A stretch of 38,388 bases of DNA from a virus (taxonomy: Duplodnaviria; Caudoviricetes), in IMG/VR virus record IMGVR_UViG_3300026962_000010, positions 1 to 38,388 of that record. One strand, 5' to 3'. This document shows positions 15,141-24,886 of the stretch, piece by piece. A model generated the notes under the pieces. It was given only the letters and a program-made list of their open reading frames with translations, did no database searches and was not told where the DNA came from. Position 1 is the first letter of the stretch. Each line of letters begins with the position of its first letter. Made by a program: the position numbers and the translations under genes.

Positions 15141-16673
15141 TCACGACAGCGACGCGAGCGTCAGTTCCACACTCCAGGGCCGGCGGCCGTAGGAGTCCCA
15201 CGCGAGCTGCCAGTCCTCGACCGCGTAGTCGCCGCCGGGGATCGACGCCGCGGCGGGCGGGCTGAGCGTCACCGTCTGTCGCCCGCTGGGCGAGGTATCG
15301 TCGACGACGTCCTCGCCGCCAGGCACTTCCCGGGAGACGACCGCGTCGGGCACCCCACAGACGTCGACGATCGCCGCCGCCTCGGCGTCGGATAGGCTGA
15401 GCGGGAGCGTCCACTCGCCGCCGGCTGTCGTGCCGGACTGGCTGACCTGGCCCACCTGCTCGGGAGCGAGGCCGAGTGACCCGGTCGCGAGATCGAGCGT
15501 CCAGGTGCCGGTCTCGCTTGGGGGTGTGCGCTCGTCGAGCCGAGGCTCGAGGCGCTGGAGGGTGAGCGACACCTGGTAGCGATCGACTGCGACCTGCTCC
15601 TCGTCGTAGGCGTTGACGTACCACTCCCCAGTCCGGAACGGCGGGCTGCGGTCCGCCGGCGGCTCGATCGTCGGCGCGCGGACGCGCCCGCCCTGGTCGA
15701 CGGCCTCGAAGCGGCCGCCGAACCCCTGTTCGATCGAGAGGTCGCCGGCACGGTCGAACTGCCGCCAGCGGCCGATCTGGTTCCGGAGGACGGTCACCGA
15801 GAGCGACAGCGTCGACGCATCCAGCGAGACCGAGTCCGGCCGGGCGAGCAGTGGGCCCGACCCATCGGCCGGATGGATGAGCCACGCCGGTATCGACCCA
15901 CCGGACACGGTCGTCTCGGCGGTGACGTGGCCGCCCGGGATCGCCGTCGCGAACGACTCGATCGACGGCGTCGCAGTGGTCGAGAGGGAACCGCCGGTGG
16001 CGCTGACGGTCGGCGTCGACGGCGCGATGGTCGAGGCCGTCTGCTCGCTGCCGCCGACTTGGGTCAGCGCGACGCCGGCGCCCTGGACGCTCGTCTCGGC
16101 GCGGATGTGGACCCGCGGCTCGACGACACTCGCCGCTGGCCCGACGGCCGTTGCGGCGCTGGTGGTCGCCGCCTGAACGGCTGCGATCGACGCCGCGGCG
16201 CCGACGGTCGTCGAGACGCCGTCCGGGTCGCCGCCGGTGAACGTCGCGATACCGCCGAAGCCCGCCCCAACGCCCGTTGCCGAACTGCCTGTCGTGCCGG
16301 CGTTGGAGCCGGCCGAGCTGGTGGTTCCGGCCCCTGGGGAGGTTGCAGCCAGCGATCGCCCGCCAGCCCGGACAGGGTCAGGGCCGAGGTCGGCGTCGTC
16401 GACCGTCGGCGTCGCGGTGTCGTCGCTCGTCGATATCGATATCTCCAGCTGGAAGTCTGTGTGTGAGCTACCCCAGGAGAGTGCGTATTCGCTTGCACCA
16501 TCTAGGGATTGCGTGACGACTTCCTCACTGCTGGTTCCTGGACTCCCGACGACATCGATAGTGATGGACTGGCCGTTAAGCGTGTACTGGAGCCCTTCCA
16601 GCCGGGGCTTCCGAGCGGTACTGAAGGACTTCGTCGCGGTCGTGAGTGACCCCGTTGATTCGTACGTGGGCAT
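15141..16673 (-). CDS. Minor tail / tail-tip protein
   Basis: 510 aa, S/T/G/A-rich, last gene of the tail operon. Confidence 0.72.
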   Translation of the reverse strand: MPTYESTGSLTTATKSFSTARKPRLEGLQYTLNGQSITIDVVGSPGTSSEEVVTQSLDGASEYALSWGSSHTDFQLEISISTSDDTATPTVDDADLGPDPVRAGGRSLAATSPGAGTTSSAGSNAGTTGSSATGVGAGFGGIATFTGGDPDGVSTTVGAAASIAAVQAATTSAATAVGPAASVVEPRVHIRAETSVQGAGVALTQVGGSEQTASTIAPSTPTVSATGGSLSTTATPSIESFATAIPGGHVTAETTVSGGSIPAWLIHPADGSGPLLARPDSVSLDASTLSLSVTVLRNQIGRWRQFDRAGDLSIEQGFGGRFEAVDQGGRVRAPTIEPPADRSPPFRTGEWYVNAYDEEQVAVDRYQVSLTLQRLEPRLDERTPPSETGTWTLDLATGSLGLAPEQVGQVSQSGTTAGGEWTLPLSLSDAEAAAIVDVCGVPDAVVSREVPGGEDVVDDTSPSGRQTVTLSPPAAASIPGGDYAVEDWQLAWDSYGRRPWSVELTLASLS

Positions 16674-16702
16674 GAGTTACACGGACACCAAGTAATGCAG
16701 AT

Positions 16703-17437
16703 TCATCCATTGATACTCCCCGTGTTGTAGAGGTTTGATACTTCGGTGCCTGAAAGCGCCTTATTGTACACTCTAATATCATCAATATGACCGTTAAGAT
16801 AATTCTCCCCACGGCCATTATTGCCGAAATAGAGTGAATGTGACGAAGCGTTGAAATCATTGTATCCAGTTGTCAGGTCGCTATTAGCATCAATGTATAG
16901 TTCTGTCCCACCACCAGCCGTCACAATCCACGAAATGAAGTACCAAGTTCCTGTTGACGGAGTTGAACCACTACTAACGGTTTTATTTCCCCCACCCTCA
17001 TCTATCTGCACCTGCCAACTATTTTCGAGATCACTGTAGCCCACAAACCACCACGTATCACCATCTCCAGCATTTCCCCCATCCTCTCCAGCGAAAATCA
17101 CATTATTGGAATGCAGCGCATCAAACTTGGCCCACCCTGTGATTGAAAAATCAGAATTTTCAAAGGTGGAATAATTATGGTCTACCTCTATGTAATCATC
17201 TGTTCCATCCAATAATTTGCTGTATTCGCCCACCTCTGCTTCTGTCGAATATCCCGCAGAGGAACCATCAATCGCGTCGAAACTGCCCCACGAGTCATTA
17301 ACGTTTTGCTCAAACTCCCAACGCGACACCCCGCTGTCGGGTATTGCAGTCGCCAACTGGATGGTGTCGTTGACGACTTCGATGTTGTTCTTCGATGCAT
17401 TCTCCCAGTCGGATTGCGTGCCCCATTCGAGCGGCAT
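16703..17437 (-). CDS. LamG/concanavalin-A-like domain protein, putative receptor-binding adhesin
   Basis: LDGTDDYI, FSITGW, W YFI..V, LYIDA, YLNGHIDDIRVYNKALSGTEVSNLY (LamG_3 signature). Confidence 0.88.
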   Translation of the reverse strand: MPLEWGTQSDWENASKNNIEVVNDTIQLATAIPDSGVSRWEFEQNVNDSWGSFDAIDGSSAGYSTEAEVGEYSKLLDGTDDYIEVDHNYSTFENSDFSITGWAKFDALHSNNVIFAGEDGGNAGDGDTWWFVGYSDLENSWQVQIDEGGGNKTVSSGSTPSTGTWYFISWIVTAGGGTELYIDANSDLTTGYNDFNASSHSLYFGNNGRGENYLNGHIDDIRVYNKALSGTEVSNLYNTGSING

Positions 17438-17442
17438 CGGTC

Positions 17443-17880
17443 TCAGTCCAGACTCAGCGACTGCCCGCTGAGCGTAAATTCGTTGAAGTTCGTGAGGTTG
17501 AGCGACGTCTGGTTGCCGTCGCTGTCCTCGATCGGGAACGTGAACAGCAGGTGGTCGCTCGCAGTCCCGCCGTCGCCGGCATCGTCGGAGTCGAAGTTGA
17601 CGACGACGAATCCCGAGTCGACCGACTGGTCGGAGTCGCTGGTGTCGAAGGTGACGTCGGCGACGTCCACCTGCCAGTTCCCGTTCGCGTTCTTTGACGT
17701 CGACAACGCGGCGGTCTGCCGCCCGTAGTTCGACCCCGACGGCTCGGTCGTCACCGACCCGATGTCGTCGGCGTCAGCCAGCGCGTCGGTGCCGTCGTTG
17801 TAGAGGCCGACTGGGTGGGATTCGCCGTCGACCTTGTCGAGGATGTACTCTTCGCCGGTGTTCTGAAGCTGATTGGTCAT
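17443..17880 (-). CDS. Minor tail/fibre-base protein
   Basis: GEEYILD..VGLYND.TD.L...TTEP..SNYGRQ; position in the tail module. Confidence 0.7.
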   Translation of the reverse strand: MTNQLQNTGEEYILDKVDGESHPVGLYNDGTDALADADDIGSVTTEPSGSNYGRQTAALSTSKNANGNWQVDVADVTFDTSDSDQSVDSGFVVVNFDSDDAGDGGTASDHLLFTFPIEDSDGNQTSLNLTNFNEFTLSGQSLSLD

Positions 17881-17894
17881 GGTGAATCAGGGCG

Positions 17895-17929
17895 CCGGGT
17901 CTGGGTCTCGGCCCCGGCTGGCGTCATCG
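17895..17929 (-). promoter_or_regulatory. Late-gene intergenic motif, copy A
   Basis: ccgggtctgggtctcggccccggctggcgtcatcg, 31/35 identical to 28983-29017. Confidence 0.7.
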
Positions 17930-17938
17930 AGTCGGCTG

Positions 17939-19420
17939 CTACACAGTCTGGGTTGTGCCGCGGCGGTACAGCTGTGTCGAGAGGGTGAGATTCAGTGCGC
18001 CGTCGGAGCCGGTTGGCGTCGCCGTGATCTCGTTCTCGCCAGTCGCGAGGTGGCCGGTGAGATCGACCACCGTCCGCCAGTTGCTGCTCGAGCTCCCCGC
18101 GACGGTCGTGACTGTCGTGCCGTCGACGGCGATCTCGACATCCGTTGGGTAGGAGCCACCGCTATCGGCGCGCCCCTGGACGACGAGGTCGACGCGATCC
18201 TCACGGATGATCTCGCCAGGGTAGTCGGCGACGAGGAGGCGTTGGGGCGTCGACGACGTGGTGTCGTCGAGGCCGCTGGTCGCCTGGAGCTCGGTGAGGT
18301 AGCCCTGGTGGCCGCGCTCGAAGGACCGGACGCTCCGCTCGGGTTGGCGCTGCTGTTCGCGACTCCGGGTGATCCGACGCGTGCCGAGCAGGACGTCCTG
18401 GACGTGGCCGTCGGAGTCCCAGCGGTCGGTCAGTTCGACGACGCGCAGGTCGCGATCGACGCCGCGATCGGGTAGTGTCATGTGGACGCGATCGCCGAGT
18501 TCGAGGTCGACGCCGACGACGGCCGTCTCGATCTCGAGCAGGCGCGGGTCGGCGTTGATCTCCGCGATCCGGCGGTCGAGGATCTCCTGCAGCACCGACT
18601 TGGTTTGGATGTCCTTGTCGGTATACGTCTCGTAGACGCGCCGGCCTCCGGCGTAGAAGCTCGCGACGGCCTCGGCAGTCACCTGACTCGGCCCGGACTT
18701 TGCGCCGAAGCCCCGTAGGTGCGTTACCTCTCGGCGGTCGTCGACGCTGATCGTCGGGTCGCCGACGACGTTCTGGTTCGACGGCGACAGTGTGACGCTG
18801 CCCGTCCGGTCGGTCCCTCGGGAGCCGGCGTCGAGGTACTGGAGCGCGAACTGATCCGCTCGCTGGAGCGTGCCGGATGCCTCGGTGACGTGGTTGGTGT
18901 AGTGGAGTTCGGCGCCGTCGATGGCCGCAATCTCGCGGATCGCCTTCGCGTAGGAGGCGTTCGACAGCGTGATCGGGCCGATTTTGCCGTTGAACGTCCG
19001 CTCGCTGTCGTCGCTCAGTGTTACCGTCGGCACGCCGTCGAACGTCTCACTGAACGACTCGTCGAGAAGGTAATCGACGTACAGGTACGGTTCGGCGTCA
19101 TCGAGTTCCAGATTTGACGGCGTCGGTGGCGCGTCGGCAGCATCCCGCTCGGCGGAGACGACCGTCACCGTCGCCGTCTCGCCGCTCTGGCTGATGTCGT
19201 CGAACCGGCCGCGCATCACCGTCGCCCCGCTCGGGTCGTCGATGCGGAGGACGTCATTCCGGCGGTCGAGCGCGCTGTCCAGCGTCTGCCAGGCGTCCGA
19301 GAGCAGCGTCGCGTCAGCCTTCCGCATGAACCCGAACGCGTCCTCGTGAGCGGCCGTCTGGGCGGTGACGCTGGCCTGCTCGGTCAAGTCTGGGAAGGAT
19401 TCGACAGTGACGGTGAGCAT
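17939..19420 (-). CDS. Tail-tip/hub protein
   Basis: 493 aa directly after the tape measure; THLRGFG, LELGDRV..D motifs of siphovirus minor tail proteins. Confidence 0.75.
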   Translation of the reverse strand: MLTVTVESFPDLTEQASVTAQTAAHEDAFGFMRKADATLLSDAWQTLDSALDRRNDVLRIDDPSGATVMRGRFDDISQSGETATVTVVSAERDAADAPPTPSNLELDDAEPYLYVDYLLDESFSETFDGVPTVTLSDDSERTFNGKIGPITLSNASYAKAIREIAAIDGAELHYTNHVTEASGTLQRADQFALQYLDAGSRGTDRTGSVTLSPSNQNVVGDPTISVDDRREVTHLRGFGAKSGPSQVTAEAVASFYAGGRRVYETYTDKDIQTKSVLQEILDRRIAEINADPRLLEIETAVVGVDLELGDRVHMTLPDRGVDRDLRVVELTDRWDSDGHVQDVLLGTRRITRSREQQRQPERSVRSFERGHQGYLTELQATSGLDDTTSSTPQRLLVADYPGEIIREDRVDLVVQGRADSGGSYPTDVEIAVDGTTVTTVAGSSSSNWRTVVDLTGHLATGENEITATPTGSDGALNLTLSTQLYRRGTTQTV

Positions 19421-19426
19421 CGAGGA

Positions 19427-22147
19427 TCAGCTCCGTGGATCGTAACGACTGCCGTTGCGCGTCTCGATCGTCAGGTCGAACTCCTCGCCGAGTTGGACGA
19501 TCGCCCGCCGGGTCTGCTGGAGCTCGCGGACGATCGCCTCACTCCGGTCGGCCTGTTCGATCGCGCCGGCGAGCTCCTCGGCGTCGGCGCCGCCGTCGAC
19601 GACCACCTCGCCGCGGTCCGAGACCTGCGAGGCGGGGACGACCCGCTCGCCGGCGTGCAGCATCGCGAGGCCGGGGTCGTCGATGAGGCCGCCCGTATCC
19701 AGCGAGGGCAGGTCGAGCGACTGGCCGCCGACGCGCTCGTGCGGGATGTTGAGCGAACCGCCGCCGATGGTTTCCGACCCGCCGCCGAGGACCTCGGGGA
19801 TGTTGATGGTCGTCGACGGGATGTTGAGACTGCCACCGCCAACGGAGACGCTCGGGATGGACAGCGAGTCCGGCAGGACGCTGTTGAACGCATCGACGAG
19901 TGCGTTCGCGGCGCTATTCGCCGCGCTCGTCGCCGCCGACACGAGGTCAGACGCGGCGTCGTTGCGGATGTAGCTCGCGATGTCCTGGAAGATGTCTTTG
20001 AAGATGCTGTTGCCGATGAGTTTCTGGTAGAGGTCTTGGGCGAGGCTGATGACGCCGTCGACGAGCCCGCTGAAGACGCTCGTTACTGTCTCTTTCCAGC
20101 TCTTGACGAGCGACTCGATGCGGCCGAGCGTCCGGTCGAGGTACCCCTCGATGATCGACCACGCCTGCTCCCAGTCACCGCGGATCAGCGCCAGAACCGT
20201 CCGGATGATCGTCAGCATCGCGTCGGTGGCTTGCCCCACGACCAGTTCGATCGTGGTGAACGCAAGCCGGAGGCCGGCGACGATCTCGTCGCCGAACGTG
20301 TCCCACAGCGCCGTCACAACGGTTACCCACGCCTCGATCCCTGCTCGTAGCCCGGTGAGGAACGTGTTGACGTACGGCTCAGCGAACGTGACGAAGTCCT
20401 GAATGACGCTCCGGATATGGTCGAACGTCGCCTGTGCCTCGGCCGTCAGTGCATCACCGTGGGTCTGCCAGAGCGACTGAATCCGGTTGAGCGTCGGCCG
20501 GATGAGGTTGCCCCAGATGAACTGCAGAACAGACTGGATGGTCTTACGGACCGTCGTGAACGCAGTCCCCACGGCGTTGAGGATATCCTGGCCATGTTTG
20601 TCCCAGAGTGACTGAATCCGGTTCAATATCGGCTGGTGGACGTTGCTCCAGATGAAGGTGAGGACGCCTCGGATGGTGCTGGCGACGGTGTTGAAGACCG
20701 TTTTGACGGTGCTCATGATGGCGGCACCGTGTTGGCCCCAGAACGCCTGAATGCGCGACAGCGCCGTCTGTATCAGCGACTGGACGACACCGAAGATGCG
20801 CTTCGTGTGCCCGCGGATGTTCCAGAGGTTCGTCTGCCAGGCGCCGGCCAGCAGCGCGATAGCGGCGATGGCGATGCCGACCGGTCCCGTCAAGAGACTC
20901 AGTGCGCCCCCGACGGCGCCGATGACGGCCGTCATCCCGCCGAAGTAGGAGACGGCCGACGCGACTGCGACGGCGAGTCCACTGAGTGCAGTGGCGACGA
21001 GTCCGACGGTTCCGGCGACGCCGTCGCTCTGCTGGTTCCACTTTGAGAACGCCTGAATGGCGTTGTTGATGTGGCCGAGCAGCGTCGATGCCGCGGGGAG
21101 GACGTTCTGCCCGATCTGGATAGCGACGTTCCGAAGCCGGTTCTGTGTGACCTGCAGTTGACTGTTGAACGTCGACGACGCCGCCTCGTACTCTTCTTGG
21201 AGCGACGTCCCGTTGTTCATCTGCCGGTTGGCCATCGCCTGGGCATCCGCCAGCCCCTCCATGTTCTGGGAGAGTGCGTTCAGCGCCTGCTGGGACGTGG
21301 TCGACAGCGTCGAGCGCAGCGCATCGGCCGCCTCGTCGCCCTGGGCCATCGTCGACGCCATCTCGCGGAACAGCGCCGTCGGGTCCTCCTCGCGCATCGT
21401 CGCGAACTCGTCGGCGCTCATGCCCAGCGCGTCGGCGAGTGCCTCGACTTTCTTCGGCGCCTGGATCTCCTGGGCCATCCGCCGGAGGCGTGTCCCGGCC
21501 CGCTCGGCGGACTCGGAGGCCTCGTTCATCGCGGCGTTGAGTGCGAGGATGTCCTCACTGGAGGCGCCCATCTGTGTGAGGACGCCCGAGCTCCGAAGCG
21601 CGGAGTCGGTTATCTCCGAACTGGACGTCGCCATCGAGTTCGACAGCTCGTTGATGACGTTGCCTAGGTCGTCGACGTTCTGCATCGGCTCGTCTAGCAG
21701 CGTTGAGAGTCGTGCGAACGCCTCGCCAGCTTGCGTCGTCGAGAGGTCAGTCGCGACGGCCATCTGTGCGACGGTCTCGGTGAACTGCCGGATGTCCTCG
21801 CTCCCCTCGACGCCGAACCGCCCTGCCTGCGCGGTGATGTCCGCGAGTTCCTTCTGGGCGACCGGCATCCGGGCGGCCATCTCCTGGATCGCGGCACCCA
21901 TTTCGCGGGCGGTCTCCGGGTCGGTGACCTTCTCGACCTCGATCATCTGCTCCTCGAACGCCGCCGCCTGCTGGGTCGCCTTCGCGAGCCCGCCGACGGC
22001 GAGAGCGCTCAGCGCGGCGCCGGCGAGCCCGGCGGCCTTCTTGACACTACCGAGCGCGTCGACGGCGCTATCGGTCGCCTCGCGCAGGCTGGAGGCGTCG
22101 CCGCCGATGGCGACCTGTACGTCCTCAGATGCTCCTGTGACTGCCAT
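19427..22147 (-). CDS. Tail tape measure protein
   Basis: 906 aa Ala-rich; AFEEQMIEVEKVT TP901-like core, periodic Trp/Phe repeats, C-terminal TGG...AMLHAGERVVP. Confidence 0.95.
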   Translation of the reverse strand: MAVTGASEDVQVAIGGDASSLREATDSAVDALGSVKKAAGLAGAALSALAVGGLAKATQQAAAFEEQMIEVEKVTDPETAREMGAAIQEMAARMPVAQKELADITAQAGRFGVEGSEDIRQFTETVAQMAVATDLSTTQAGEAFARLSTLLDEPMQNVDDLGNVINELSNSMATSSSEITDSALRSSGVLTQMGASSEDILALNAAMNEASESAERAGTRLRRMAQEIQAPKKVEALADALGMSADEFATMREEDPTALFREMASTMAQGDEAADALRSTLSTTSQQALNALSQNMEGLADAQAMANRQMNNGTSLQEEYEAASSTFNSQLQVTQNRLRNVAIQIGQNVLPAASTLLGHINNAIQAFSKWNQQSDGVAGTVGLVATALSGLAVAVASAVSYFGGMTAVIGAVGGALSLLTGPVGIAIAAIALLAGAWQTNLWNIRGHTKRIFGVVQSLIQTALSRIQAFWGQHGAAIMSTVKTVFNTVASTIRGVLTFIWSNVHQPILNRIQSLWDKHGQDILNAVGTAFTTVRKTIQSVLQFIWGNLIRPTLNRIQSLWQTHGDALTAEAQATFDHIRSVIQDFVTFAEPYVNTFLTGLRAGIEAWVTVVTALWDTFGDEIVAGLRLAFTTIELVVGQATDAMLTIIRTVLALIRGDWEQAWSIIEGYLDRTLGRIESLVKSWKETVTSVFSGLVDGVISLAQDLYQKLIGNSIFKDIFQDIASYIRNDAASDLVSAATSAANSAANALVDAFNSVLPDSLSIPSVSVGGGSLNIPSTTINIPEVLGGGSETIGGGSLNIPHERVGGQSLDLPSLDTGGLIDDPGLAMLHAGERVVPASQVSDRGEVVVDGGADAEELAGAIEQADRSEAIVRELQQTRRAIVQLGEEFDLTIETRNGSRYDPRS

Positions 22148-22168
22148 GTGGAGAAGTGGGTGCGGCGG

Positions 22169-22456
22169 CTACTCGCCGCCGAAGTCGTTGTTTATTTCGT
22201 CGAGCAGGTCAGCCCGCGCTGCCTGCCGACCCGCTTCGAGGTCACGTTTCTGCTCGGCGACGTTCGACGATGTCGTCGAGCCTGCGCCACTCCGCTGCTG
22301 CTCGCGGGCGTGTTGCTTGTCGAGAACGAGCTGCCGCCGGCCTTCGAGGTAGCGTCGAATCTCGGCCGCATGGAGTTGTGGGATGGACTGATAGTCGTAG
22401 CCAGCCTCCTCGTGGAGAATCGCCTCGATGCGGGCCTGTCGAGCATGGTAGCCTAC
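22169..22456 (-). CDS. C-terminal extension of tail assembly chaperone (gpT-like), in the -1 frame, no own ATG
   Basis: -1 frame reads ...YHARQARIEAILHEEAGYDYQSIPQLHAAEIRRYLEG...DLLDEINNDFGGE*; sits between chaperone and TMP; 5' boundary approximate. Confidence 0.72.
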   Translation of the reverse strand, partial: VGYHARQARIEAILHEEAGYDYQSIPQLHAAEIRRYLEGRRQLVLDKQHAREQQRSGAGSTTSSNVAEQKRDLEAGRQAARADLLDEINNDFGGE

Positions 22457-22947
22457 GTCGCGTCCAGTGCTGCCTCGTCCATCTCGCCGTCGGTCGCCTG
22501 CTCCATCGCCTGGCCCAGCAGATTCTCGGCCATCCCGTCGCCGATCCCGTCCAGCGCCTCCATCGCTGCCAGGTTGTCCTTCGTCTGCTGTTCCTGCACG
22601 GCCCGAAAAACCTCGTGTCCGCTGCCGTTCTTGACCGCCTGAATCAGCCCGGGGACGATGAACTCGGGGACGCTGTCGTACCCGTCGGCGCCGAGGCCCT
22701 CCAGGATGAACGTCCGGAGGAACTCATCGACGCGATCGTCGTCGGCCTCGTCCTCCTCGAGGACGTCCTTCCACTCCTCGAACTCGCCGCCGGCCATCGG
22801 CTTGACCTTCACGGCCTTGTCGGTACCGGGGATCCGCTGCTTGACGCCTTGGAGTTCGCCTTCGCTGTTGCGCGAGACGCCGAAGTCCTCGGCGTGAGCG
22901 ATCTCCAAGTCCTCGCCGTCGTTGAGTCGTGTGTCGTGCTCAGTCAT
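22453..22947 (-). CDS. Tail assembly chaperone (gpG-like)
   Basis: 164 aa acidic, between tail tube and TMP. Confidence 0.78.
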   Translation of the reverse strand: MTEHDTRLNDGEDLEIAHAEDFGVSRNSEGELQGVKQRIPGTDKAVKVKPMAGGEFEEWKDVLEEDEADDDRVDEFLRTFILEGLGADGYDSVPEFIVPGLIQAVKNGSGHEVFRAVQEQQTKDNLAAMEALDGIGDGMAENLLGQAMEQATDGEMDEAALDAT

Positions 22948-24191
22948 CAGTTGGTAGCCTCCAGTTCGATAGCGGGGTCACCGCTTGCGGCGAAGGTCTC
23001 CGAGATGCTCGAGACCGCCTGTCCGGAGGCCTCGCGCTGGCGCTCGCCGGATTCCTGAACGACCGTGTTCTTGAACCGGACGATGCCGCCACCGACTTCG
23101 TGCTCGTAATCCTGCTGTTCCTTCTGCAGCGACTCCATCATGGAGTCGTGGCTGACTTTCGGACCGGCGACATCCGCCTCAATGGTGACCGTCCGGTCGG
23201 ACTCGTCGATGGTCGGCAGTCGAGAGACGTGGACCGAGTTGGTCGACAGGTCGTTCTCAACGGTCCAACTTGCCGTCTGGACGCGGGGCCGGACGGGCGA
23301 CCCGACAGGGCGCTCAACGCGATCTCCGACGAAGTGCTCGTAGTTGGTGCCGATGGGGTCGGCGTGACTGCCGGCGCCGAGTGCCGGGATGCCCTGGTCG
23401 CCGTCGACGGGCTGATCGTCGTCGCTGTAGGTCAGCCCACCGGCGATCTCCAGTAGCGTTGTGCCGCTCCCGTCGGTGACTGTCACGTCGCCCTCGGGCT
23501 GGTCAGCCAGCCAGACGACGTCGATGTCGTCGAACGACTCGGTGGTCGTGACAGCAGTCGTGCCGTCGAGGGAGATCGTCTCGGTCGTCGACGCCCCCTC
23601 GGACTCGATGGTGACATCCATCGTGTCGGTGTCGGCCGTCGACGTGAGCTCCAGCGTCGTTCCCGCGGACGGCTGGTGGATGGCGTAGCTCCGAACCTTC
23701 GTCGGCTGGAACTCCAGCTCCATCAGAATCGGATTCTCGTTCGAGGGGTCGTTGGTCGGGTTGACCGTGTTGACCTTTGCGCCGCGGACGACGCTGTAGA
23801 CGCGCATCCCGGCGCCGTCGTTGCCGCCCGGCACCTCAGTGCGCTCGACGGCGAGCAGCGACGCCAGCAGTTGGTTGTACTCGTCGCGGAGGATGCCGTA
23901 GGCTTCGGCGCCGACGGGGTTACCTGAGCCGTCGACGGGGAAGCGCTGCCAGTCGTAGCCGATGCTGGCGGAGGGGTCTTCCGTGCCGCGATTGTGGTCC
24001 TTCGCGTCAGGCGTCCCGATGCCGTCCTGGCGCGCGTAGCTGGCGCCAGGGCTGGCACTGAACGACCGGATGGTGTCAGAGAAGCGGTTCCACTCGGGGT
24101 CGGTCGGGACCTCCATCGGCGCGGGTTCGACAACCCACTCGTAGCGCCCAGGGAGCGTCCCGCTCTCGGCAGTCTGTGTGTGTTCGCTCAT
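22947..24191 (-). CDS. Major tail (tube) protein
   Basis: 414 aa beta-rich acidic protein following the terminator gene and preceding the chaperone. Confidence 0.78.
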   Translation of the reverse strand: MSEHTQTAESGTLPGRYEWVVEPAPMEVPTDPEWNRFSDTIRSFSASPGASYARQDGIGTPDAKDHNRGTEDPSASIGYDWQRFPVDGSGNPVGAEAYGILRDEYNQLLASLLAVERTEVPGGNDGAGMRVYSVVRGAKVNTVNPTNDPSNENPILMELEFQPTKVRSYAIHQPSAGTTLELTSTADTDTMDVTIESEGASTTETISLDGTTAVTTTESFDDIDVVWLADQPEGDVTVTDGSGTTLLEIAGGLTYSDDDQPVDGDQGIPALGAGSHADPIGTNYEHFVGDRVERPVGSPVRPRVQTASWTVENDLSTNSVHVSRLPTIDESDRTVTIEADVAGPKVSHDSMMESLQKEQQDYEHEVGGGIVRFKNTVVQESGERQREASGQAVSSISETFAASGDPAIELEATN

Positions 24192-24194
24192 GTG

Positions 24195-24353
24195 TCAGTC
24201 CTTGCGGTGGATAGTGTCGTAGTGGTCGACGAGCGCCTCACCGACCGCTTCAGAGACCTGCGCCGTGCCGTTCGAGGCGAACTCGACAGGCTCGTCCATC
24301 AGGTCGGCGTTGAAGAGGCGCCGCGTCGCGGTGTTCTCGTTCGTGACGAACAT
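24195..24353 (-). CDS. Small virion-module protein (52 aa)
   Basis: Hand translation MFVTNENTATRRLFNADLMDEPVEFASNGTAQVSEAVGEALVDHYDTIHRKD. Confidence 0.68.
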   Translation of the reverse strand: MFVTNENTATRRLFNADLMDEPVEFASNGTAQVSEAVGEALVDHYDTIHRKD

Positions 24354-24355
24354 CG

Positions 24356-24886
24356 TCAGGGTCGCTCCGTGTGCTTGAGTCGGGCGACGACGGTTCGACG
24401 GTAGTGCGTCGGCGACCGCTCGATGTCGTTGGCCTCACTCGGTGGCTCGGCGTTGGCCCACTCGTACCCCTCGGGCGTCGGCGGGCCCGCGTCGGCCTCG
24501 TCGGCCTCGAACAGCACGCGGTGGGTCTCGCGAGCGAGGGCGTTCGCGACGACGTCCGGGTGCGACCCCTCCGACTGGTAGACGTCGGCATCCTCCGGGC
24601 CGCCCCAGCAGTCGATCTGGACGGACGTGATGACGTCTTGGATGCCACCGTCGCCGCCGGCGTCGATGCCGGAGTAGCCAGTCTGGCCACCGCCGACCGG
24701 CGTCGCGTCTTCGCTGGCGATGGCGATCTGCGGGTAGTCGTTCGCGCCGTCGTAGTCGGCGAACCGGATGTCGCCCGCCGCTGTCGGGTCAGTTGGGTCG
24801 CCATTCGTGAACGTGACCGGCACTGCCGAGGCGTCGAAGTACTCGCGCAGGAACGCGACGAGGTCGCGCTTGACGTCTCGAGGCAT
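24356..24886 (-). CDS. Tail terminator-like protein
   Basis: YPQIAI...SVQIDCW motif; synteny. Confidence 0.7.
   Translation of the reverse strand: MPRDVKRDLVAFLREYFDASAVPVTFTNGDPTDPTAAGDIRFADYDGANDYPQIAIASEDATPVGGGQTGYSGIDAGGDGGIQDVITSVQIDCWGGPEDADVYQSEGSHPDVVANALARETHRVLFEADEADAGPPTPEGYEWANAEPPSEANDIERSPTHYRRTVVARLKHTERP

Noticed and set aside
15141-17880. Invertible tail-fibre system or diversity-generating retroelement
   Set aside because: No invertase, reverse transcriptase, duplicated fibre end or TR/VR pair visible in the window
19095-19103. Another GCGTCATCG 9-mer
   Set aside because: Inside a CDS encoding Asp-Asp-Ala, with no adjoining hairpin; expected by chance
19700-20900. GGGSLNIP and Trp-periodic repeats
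   Set aside because: Ordinary internal repeats of a tape measure protein
22192-22446. 84-aa ATG ORF, or TAG readthrough of the chaperone
   Set aside because: S/R-rich basic product; the -1 frame gives the acidic, codon-typical protein
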